A stretch of 64,000 nucleotides of DNA from Octopus vulgaris. Taxonomy: Eukaryota. Both the position numbers and the translations under genes were made by a program. The stretch spans positions 40,114,001-40,178,000 of the forward strand of contig OX597831.1 of NCBI GenBank assembly GCA_951406725.2. Direction: 5' to 3'. The notes under the pieces are model-generated. The model did no database searches. It saw nothing but the letters and a program-made list of their open reading frames with translations, and had not been told where the DNA came from. This document shows positions 54,953-64,000 of this stretch, piece after piece; positions within the stretch are counted from its first letter, which is position 1, and the number at the start of each line of letters is the position of its first letter.

Positions 54953-55819
54953 ATATATATATATATATATAGATAGATATAGATATAGATATAGATCTAT
55001 ATATATATATATATACGCACCCATGAGTAGATACATAATATTATATTATGTTGTATTTTGCCACAAATGTATTTGTGCGTAGAAATTAATTAAATTTACA
55101 TATGTCTATGTACATATACAAAAAATTCATTAGTTGTGCTTCTTATTATTGCTATAACACATTAAAATAAAGTTAGACTACATTGTATATAGAACAATAG
55201 CCTCTGCTCAAAAAAGTTAAGTCCAATGCTACCAGGATTTTCGTAAACGTTAACTATATCTATTTCCATATTTATCATAAAGTGTTTAATAGAAACACCA
55301 GGAAGGTGAGCTACAGTTGCACTAGAACTTTTACTGGTTTACAGCCAGCATAAACAAAAGAAAATTTAGCGCGACTGCCTCAATTTTTGCCTTCTTTCAA
55401 AGTTATTTGTTTGTCGTGCTAAAGTCCTTCTTACACATAAAAGTGAAACAAAAAGTTTCACAGGATTACAGTCAATACCTTTAAAATACATTCTCGAAAC
55501 ATAACATTCAGACACTTAGAAGACACCTTACCATCTCACAATACAAAAAAATCTAGAATTTAAAGTATGATAGTAACAATTACATAATCCAATATTGAGC
55601 ATGCGTTCGTGTGATATTTTTCTTGGGGAAGTATAACATTCCTGTTACAGTCTCTCGAAACAAAAGACTGGAATTGGTGAATTCTTGCACATCTACTCAT
55701 ATTGAAGAATTTCCAAATACTAACTGTAATAGTTATTTCCTATTGAAGAAATTTGCCATACTCTGAAAAATAGGCACATTTTAAAAGAACATCATCTATT
55801 TTAAAAAAAACTGTATTAA

Positions 55820-56127
55820 CCCCTTACCCGGCAGAAACGAATATCTGCGTTTTGACCGAAATCGTTTTTTTCTATCTCTGGCGAGTTAACTCGTCAAAAG
55901 ATAGACTCGCCAAAATCGACAGCAAACGAGTTCCTTCGTCTAAAAACGGGTTAACTCGTTTCTGCCCAAAGCGGTAATTTAAAATCAATATTATTGAATT
56001 AAAATTCATAATAAATAAGGTTTGAAATATACCTCGAAATCACCATTCAAAACATAGTAAAATAAAACAATTAAAAAATATGTCTGAAAAAATACATTTA
56101 TTTTCAAAATAATTGTTGGGTAAGGGG
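55820..56127. mobile_element. piggyBac-like MITE (~310 bp)
   Basis: TTAA at 55816-55819 and 56128-56131; TIR CCCCTTACCC / GGGTAAGGGG; right subterminal region resembles that of 33125-33891. Confidence 0.8.
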
Positions 56128-56544
56128 TTAACAATACACACTTTCCTTGATTGTGTGTGTTTTACACATATGATACTGAAGACATGAAAATATAACTTTC
56201 TTTCACGTGAATCGAAAAATGCATTATGTGTTTTACGTCAAGCCACTCAATAGACGAACATGTGAGAGCAGTCAACAAGATCTCGATGATTGTCTAATTG
56301 CGCTGTCTTTACGAATATTTTTAATTTCTGTTTATCTTTAGTCATTAGAAATAATCAGCAACGAGAATTTGTGTACACGGAAGAGAATGCAATTAATACA
56401 TGGAATTTAATTTAATTTAATCATTCCTTTTGGTAATATGGTTCACGTTTGAATAAGATCCAAATAGTTTGAACTGAAATTATGCACCAATCAGCTTCTG
56501 TTCTCAAACATATGATCTCTCCAAGAGTTAGAAATTCAAAATAG

Positions 56545-57450
56545 CTTGTGTGAGTGTGTGTGTGTGTGTGTTCGTGCGTGCGTGCATGCGTGTGTATGTG
56601 TGCGTGTCTGTGTGAGAGAAAGAGAGAGAGGAAGAAAGACAGTACGTGTGTGTGTGTGTATGTGTGTGCGTGAGTGCTTGTATGTGCGCTCATGTGTGTG
56701 TTGTGTGCGTGCGTGTGTGTAAGAGAGAGAGATAAAAGCTTGTGTGCATGTGTACGTGTTTGTGTGTCTGTGTGAGAGAAAGAAGAACAGTGTGTGTGTG
56801 TGAGTGTGCGTGTGTGTGTGCGTGCTTGTGTGTGTGTAGGAGAGAGAGAGAAAAGAGACAGCATATGCGTGTGTGTGTGTTGTGTGCGTGCGTGTTTGTG
56901 TATGTGTATGTGTATGTGTGTGTGTGTGTGTGTGCGTGCGTATCTGTGAGAAAAATAGAGAGAGGAGGAAAGACAATGTGTGTGTGTGTGTGTGTGCACG
57001 CGTGTTTGTGTGTGTGTGAGAGAGAGAGAAAGAGAAAAGAGACAGCATGTACGCGCGTGTGTGTATTGTGTGCGTGCGTGTGTGTGTGTAAGAGAGAGAG
57101 AGAAAAGCGTGTGTTTGTGTGTGTGCGTGCGTGCTTATGTGTGTGTGCGAGAGAAAGAGAAAAGAGACAGTATGTGGTCGCGTATGTGTATTGTGTGCGT
57201 GTGTGTAAAAGAGAGAGAGAGAGAAAAGCGCGTGTGTGCGTGCGTGCGTGTCTGAGAGAAAGAGAGAGAGGAAGAAAGACAGTGTGTGTATGTATGCGTG
57301 CGTGTTTGTATGTGTGAGAGAGAGAGAGTGAGAGAAGAGACAGCATATGCATGCGTGTGTGTATTGTGTGCGTGTAAGAGAGAGAGAGAGAGAGAAAAGC
57401 ATGTGTTTGTGCGTGTGTGTGTGTGTGTGTATGCGTGTATATGTGCGTGT
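56545..57450. repeat. Composite tandem repeat of alternating (GT)n and (GA)n blocks with fixed linkers
   Basis: Recurring linkers GAGGAAGAAAGACAG, GAAAAGAGACAG(C/T)ATATGC and TTGTGTGCGTG. Confidence 0.9.
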
Positions 57451-58241
57451 GTTAGGATATGTGTGAAAGTTCGTGGTCTAGCGGTTAGAGTGTTGTACTC
57501 ACGATAGCAAGATCGCCGTTTCGATTCCCGAACCGAAAGGTATGCTATGTTCTTGAACAAAACAAATCACGTTGCTCCAGTCCACTCAGCTGTAAAACGG
57601 GAACCATGCGATGGATGTGTGGCAGGTGCTGATACGCCAGGACAAAGCAGACCTTGAAGCAATAGTAGCTAAGAAGTGGTCCACACTCCTCATAACCCTA
57701 GAAATCCCTAAACATAGACCCATTACTGGATGCAGTTTAAAGTTATACCCAGGTCTTGCCCTTGGGGCAGTGTGGTAGGAAGTTTCAGGTTCAGTCCCAC
57801 TGCGTGGCACCTTGCGTGTCTTCTCGTATAGCCTTGGGCCAATAAAAGCCTTGTAAGTGGATTTGCTATATGGAAACTGAAAGAAGCCTGTCGTGTATAT
57901 ATATATGTGTGTGTGTGTGTGTATGTCAGGGTGTGTGTGTTTGTCTGTGTGTGAGTGTGTGTATGTATTTGTGTGTCTGTGTTTGCCCTCCTCCACCATC
58001 ACTTGACAACCGATATTAATGTGTTTACGTCCCCATAACATTAGCGGTTCGGCAAAAGAGAACCGATAGAGCGAGTACTAGCCTTACAAAGAATAAGTCC
58101 TGGGGTCGATTCGTTCGACTAAATGTGGTGCTCCAGTATGGCCGCAGTCAAATGACTGAAACAAGTAAAAGAATAAATGCTAAAATAGCATTTTCTACCT
58201 TGACTTATTTTCCTTATACATACATACATACATATATATAC

Positions 58242-58297
<56 letters not shown>

Positions 58298-58883
58298 TAT
58301 AGGCACAGTCGTGGCTGTGTGGTAAGAAGCTTCCTCCCCTAGGCACAGTCGTGGCTGTGTGGTAAGAAGCTTCCTCCCCAACTACATGGTTGCAGGTTCA
58401 ATCCTTCTGCGTGGCAACTTGTGCAAGTGTCTTCTGCTATAGTCTCGGGCCGACGAAAGCCTTGTGAGTAGATTTGACAGACGGAAACTGAAAGAAGCCT
58501 GTCGTATACATATATATGTACAAGTTAGTATGTGTGTGTATTCGTGTTTATTCCCTACACTCCGCCATCGCATGACAACCGATGCCCCCGTAACTTAGCG
58601 GTTCGGCAAAATATACCAACAGAATAAGTGCAAGGATTACAAAGGACAAGTCCTGGGGTCGATTTCTTCGACAAACACCCTCTATGGTGGTGCTCCAGCA
58701 TGGTCTCAGTCAAATAACTGAATGAGGGAGAATGTGCATGTCTGAAGTGATGGTCTCAGTCAAATAACTGAATGAGGGAGAATGTGCATGTCTGAAGTAA
58801 AGTGTAAAGAATTATCGTAAATTTTGAATGCCTCTTTTTCTCAATATTTGTGTGTGAGTATATATATATGTGTGTGTGTGTAC

Positions 58884-58951
<68 letters not shown>

Positions 58952-58953
58952 GT

Positions 58954-58989
<36 letters not shown>

Positions 58990-59094
58990 TTGTATGATGT
59001 ATGTATGTATGTATGTATATATACATATACATATATACATATATAAATAAATGAAAGAATGGAGTCGAACGAAGATGTTAACAAAATTCCTTTA

Positions 59095-59176
59095 CTCTCG
59101 ACACATGTTTCGAAGACAGCATATTTTCATTCCAAAGGAATAAAGGGTGCATTATGCAATCTTCTCATCAGGAAAG
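59095..59176 (-). ncRNA. Type I hammerhead ribozyme with canonical core, in a Penelope-like pseudo-LTR fragment (~59045-59250)
   Basis: Minus strand CTTTC-CTGATGA-GAAGA TT GCATA..loop..TATGC TG TCTTC-GAAA-C ATGT G-TC-GAGAG: intact CUGAUGA/GAAA core, GUC cleavage triplet, stems I and II pair. Confidence 0.8.
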
Positions 59177-59262
59177 AAAGGGAGCCTCTCTCGACAACAA
59201 GACAAACAAAAATGTCGATGACGATAAACATAGGATAATTCATTCACCTACTTAAATATTCT

Positions 59263-59386
<124 letters not shown>

Positions 59387-59391
59387 GTATA

Positions 59392-60529
59392 TCTTTATAT
59401 ATATAAAACTGAGAATGTGTGTGTGTGTCTGTCTGTCTGTGTGTTTCCCTAAAACTTGAGAACTACACAATTAATTTCATTCAAATTTTACACATGCTTT
59501 ACTTAGGGTCCGGGGAGTGTCGTCGGCAAAATTTTTTTTAACTTTTTGCCTAGGGCAAGCCCACAGCAATATCATATCTTCTCCACTACGATTCCCTAAA
59601 ACTTGAGAACTACACAACCAATTTCATTCAAATTTTACACATGCCTTACTTAGGGTCCATGTAGTTTCATGGGCAAAAAAATGTTCAACTTCTTGCCTAG
59701 AGCGAGACCATAGCAATATCATATCTTCTCCACTATTTTAGTATTACGTGTTAAAAGTGAAACAAAAACATTTCTCTATTTTATGTCAGATACTTTCACT
59801 TTAACAACAAAAATAATATTGAATTATATGTAGTAAGTTATAATTAAAATCAAACTAAAGTAACATAAAAAAAGTAAAAATAGCAATTGGTATAAAATTG
59901 CATCAATGACTTGAACTTGAATAAGTGGTTTCACATGAATGGGAATAAATTAAAAATAAAATTAGCGTGCAGAAATGGAATAGTCCAGATGGATAATAAA
60001 AAATTAAATTGAAGAAAAGACTATTGTCTATAAAGTATACAATGTAGAGAAAAAAGAAGATTTGAACACATGGAGGAAAGCACCTTCGAAAAGTGTCTTG
60101 GTGCAACTATGAAAGGTAAATTCGCCACAATAGAAGCAAGGTTCGAATCAACGGAGCGTGCAAGGAAGTACTCGACTCGAACTTGCAAAATGGAAATATT
60201 TTATTTTTACCTTTATATCTGGGACATAGGACGTCCAGGAAAAAAATTCAAAGTAGAGGTAGAGGTAGGCTGGATTGTAGCCACACTTCTATACAAGAGG
60301 GAGGACAAGATACAATTGATCGAAATTACAAGAGACGAGCTAACAATTCCAGTCTGTTATATATTTTGAGTATTGTTATCACTAGCGATATCAAGATATA
60401 ACTTTGTATTTTGTATTTCATGTGTAGATGTATATATATAGATATACGTGTAATATGTACACATATATATATACACATATATACATGCACTCGCACTATG
60501 ACCCGGCAACGACGGGTCTTTAATGCTAG
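59392..60529 (+). mobile_element. Non-autonomous Helitron (~1.14 kb)
   Basis: 5' A|TCTTTATATATATAAAA then a (TGTC)n tract; 3' hairpin GACCCG-gcaacga-CGGGTC at 60500-60518 followed by CTAG|T at 60526-60530; no TSD; internal ~145-bp tandem duplication. Confidence 0.85.
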
Positions 60530-61041
60530 TATATATATATATATATATTGTTATGACACCCTTCGGTCATGAATGACCATGGGATTGCACCTAGAAAGTT
60601 ACCCTCCGAGGCATAAGTCTGGGCAAGGTTGCTTATGGAAGACCAGCAGTTGCCTGCGCCTACCTGCCTCCCCTCTCCATGCCACCGATGTTATCCAAGG
60701 GAAAGGCAAAGGCCAATACAGCTTGGCACAAGTGACGTTGCAGCTCATTTATTAACGTGCAAGTGGCTGAGCACTCCACAGACACGTGTACCTTTAACTA
60801 GTTCTTGGAAAGATTGAGCGTGACACAGAGTGTGACAAGGCTGGCCCTTTGAAATACAGGTACAACAGAAACAGGAAGAAAGAATGAGTGAAAGAGTACA
60901 GAAGGGTTCTCTACCACCCCTGCGGAGCGTCGTGGAGCTTAAGGTGTTTTCGCTCAATAAACACTCACAAAGTCCGTTCTGGGAATTGAGACCGCGATCC
61001 TACGACCACGAGTCCGCTGCCCTAACCACTGGGTCATTGCG

Positions 61042-61109
<68 letters not shown>

Positions 61110-61679
61110 CTTGAGCAAGACACTTTATATCGTGTGTGTGTTTTGTGTGCATACGCGCGCGCGCGTGCGTGTGTGTGTGAAGATTATGAATCGACTTGTG
61201 GGGAAAGGAATTAGCAAGGAGGGTTAATTGTGATTGACATCCCTTGCCAGACCCATTCAAAGCACATTATAATAGTTAAAGTAGGGTACGGTCGGAAGTA
61301 TTATTGTGATTGACGGAATAACATTTAGAAATATGAAAAAAAACAAACAATTTTATCGAATAAGTCAGGATAAATATACAAAAATAATATAATTATTGAA
61401 AATTATAAAAATTTGATAGAGAATGTAAGATAAGTTATGAAATTATTGATCGTATATTGGAAAATAAGTAGGAAAATACAAAATATTGGTATGCTCAGTT
61501 AAACAAATTTAAGAGTTGAAAGAAAAAAAGAGGTGTGAAATAATTGGGGGCGTGCAAATTTTTTAAAATAATGCTCAAACTTATAATTAACAAAAAAAAA
61601 ATGGGAGCTTAAGAAGCAGAAAAATGATAATATCCAATACTTCGCTGTAGTGCAACTCAATGTGGTGTTGCAGAATGTG

Positions 61680-62480
61680 ATTTCTCTGTTGTGTTGATGG
61701 TGATCAAAATACTGGAATGTACTTTATGAAGTGTGGGCAGTGTTGAATATCTCATTCTTAGTATTCAAGCAAATCCTTGCTTTTCGGAAGCTCTTTTGTG
61801 TAAAGCTCATGCATCTGCTACAATTTGTGTAGAGTCTGCATCTTTTCACGATCCTCCAGGTGATACAGTAGTCTGCAGTTTATTTTAAAATCTCATAATA
61901 ATTTGAAGATTTCACTGTACAGCGTTTGCTTAAATTTTTGAACGCAGAGTGTAAATATTAAGTCTTGCCTTGAATTCTCTTTCGGTCATGTCAGTATAAC
62001 GTTTTTGGTTGCCGCTGTGGTCTGGTTTCGTTACTTTGATTTCTGTTTCACATATGATAACCTTTGTTTGCAGGATTCATTGAATGGACACGTACTTTTG
62101 TTTCTATGTAAGAAACTGACCTCACTAGGTGGTGTACTTTTAAGTAGAGCTATTTGTTTTGCGTGAAGCGTTGACCTAAAACTAATCTTAAAGTTATACT
62201 TGTTACTGAAGTATTTAGTGTATCTATCAACTCTAGTAAGAACTTTAAATCTCTCTTCAATTCAATTAACCGATATATTATGTACTTCGGAAAATTTTAT
62301 GTTCTGTACATATGGGAAATTTTCTCACCATGCAGTTCGTTCAAAACAGAAGGAAAACCCAATTCCTTCTCACGTTTAATTATGTCTGACGATTTTGAGA
62401 TTAATGGTTGCAAAGATTTAATTCATTTCCATACGTATCTTTACAGTAGTTTATCTGACGCTAGCAATACGTTTTGAATG
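61680..62480 (-). pseudogene. Degenerate Penelope-like retroelement (GIY-YIG endonuclease and RT C-terminal region)
   Basis: Minus-strand fragments CPFNESCK, VIICETEIKV...KRYTDMTEREFKARL, YCITWRIVKRCRLYTNCSRC, LNTKNEIFN follow the PLE CP-x3-C / VIY / YIGxTExxFKxR / IxWxI / LLNxRxE order; many stops and frameshifts. Confidence 0.65.
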
Positions 62481-62517
62481 ATTCAATATGTTGTATCTGT
62501 CTGTATACACACACACA

Positions 62518-62585
<68 letters not shown>

Positions 62586-64000
62586 TATGTATGTATTGTG
62601 CAAAAGTAACAAAAAACACAACACAAACATGACCTTTGAAAATAGGGAAGAAAGACAGTAAGTTCGCTAACGTTTCGTGTATTCACTCTTCTTCCGAAAT
62701 ATAGAATAGACACGGAGAAATAGACGGGGAAAAACTGGAGGAATTGAAACGTGCGTGTACACACCTAAACACGCGCGCGCGCTCACATGCAAGAATGCTA
62801 GTGCAATGTATGTGTGTGTGTAACTTATTGCTTGTATGTCGACCTTGAAATGACACCAGATAACGAAGACCTGCAAGTTAATATGAGTATTATATTCAGC
62901 ATCTACGAATCATCTTTTCATAATTTCGAAAGACAAGATCACACTTTGTTGAGAAATTCAGGCAGTGGGGCATATGTAGACCACTCGGTTTTATAATTGT
63001 TAAGGTTATCTTTTAAATGCCAATATATTTAGATAGTTTGTGAGGCATTTTCCTAAACACCTAAATGCATAAATATGACGGGAGCATCTCGTTTTGAAAG
63101 TATTTGCAGTAAGCCCTAATTACAAGAGAGATCTTAATTCGATTAATTGATGTTTTAGTAAGATGCATGCCGGAATACCTCTGGTTTTGCTTGATCAGAG
63201 ATGTCCAGGAGCAATATATTTATAATATGTATTTTATAGTCCCAGGGAGAATAAAAAATAAAATCGTTCTCTTCACGGTTATAAAGTGAAACGTAAAATA
63301 ATGCAAAGTAAATGAATTTTCGTGAGGTATTTTGAAAGACCAGAAGGTTAAATCAGAAACTAGTAGGTTATATACCCCGGCTATCAGAACAGCGCCATTC
63401 TAAAACAGCTTCAAATGGATAACCAAAAACTACATGGCGAAGAGCATTCATAACCAACATGAGAGAGGTCAGTATCACATGACCGGATGTTGAGAAAATC
63501 ACAGCTAACAGAAACCAGTGGCGTTAACTTGTTGCCCAATGTGGTGGAAACCACAGGAGGAACTGAGACTGATTTTGTTAGACGAACACGGGAGCGATTA
63601 GCATACAAGAATCAGTAGAGTGACGGGTAAAATGCCTTTTGGTATTGAGTTATTTCCCTTTGTATTATCACAAAATGTACCAAATTCGGTCAACAACATC
63701 CACTGATATTACAAGCAATATCTACCTGTATAGATGCGAGCGTGGCTGTGTGGTAGGAAGTTAGCTTCCTATCCACATTCTCTCGGATACAATCCTATTG
63801 AGTGGTGACTTGGGCACGTGTCTTCTGCTATAACCTCGTGGCAACCAAAGCTGTGTGAGTGGATTTGGAAGATGGACACTGAAAGAAGCCCATCGTGTGT
63901 GTGTGTGTGTGTGTGAGTGTGTGTGTGACTTTCTATCTGTGTTTGTCCTTCACCACTGCTTAACAACCGGTGTTGGCGTGTTTACCATTAGCAGTTCAGC

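Noticed and set aside
63080-63608. LGLTANTFKTR-like fragment and short ORFs as another GIY-YIG or gene piece
   Set aside because: Too short and lacking flanking motifs to support a call

Overview
Eukaryotic, AT-rich, microsatellite- and SINE-dense genomic DNA. The repeat landscape looks like an octopod cephalopod (Octopus); this is an inference. The one host gene I can support is the 3' half of a Golgi class I alpha-1,2-mannosidase (GH47, MAN1A-like) on the + strand. Its seven exons (8156-8279, 20284-20377, 22567-22682, 29097-29205, 38095-38199, 38794-38966, 40574-40807 stop) join in frame through GT-AG introns; I found no 5' exons in the window. The rest is largely mobile DNA: several tRNA-derived SINE families, a full-length but disrupted DD34D mariner, a rearranged 'two left ends' mariner family, Tc1-type and TTAA/piggyBac-type MITEs, a non-autonomous Helitron, Penelope-like remnants carrying hammerhead-ribozyme motifs, and a 24-bp minisatellite with a 120-bp higher-order unit. 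Highlights: (1) a chimeric retro-insertion of a 28S rRNA fragment fused to a SINE, inside one 11-bp target-site duplication, whose 5' end lies at the CGAAAGGG motif marking the start of 28S-beta after the protostome hidden break; (2) one intact canonical type I hammerhead, plus three sense-strand minimal hammerhead-like copies sharing a non-canonical CUGUNGA core. Almost all ORFs in the supplied track are microsatellite or SINE artefacts.
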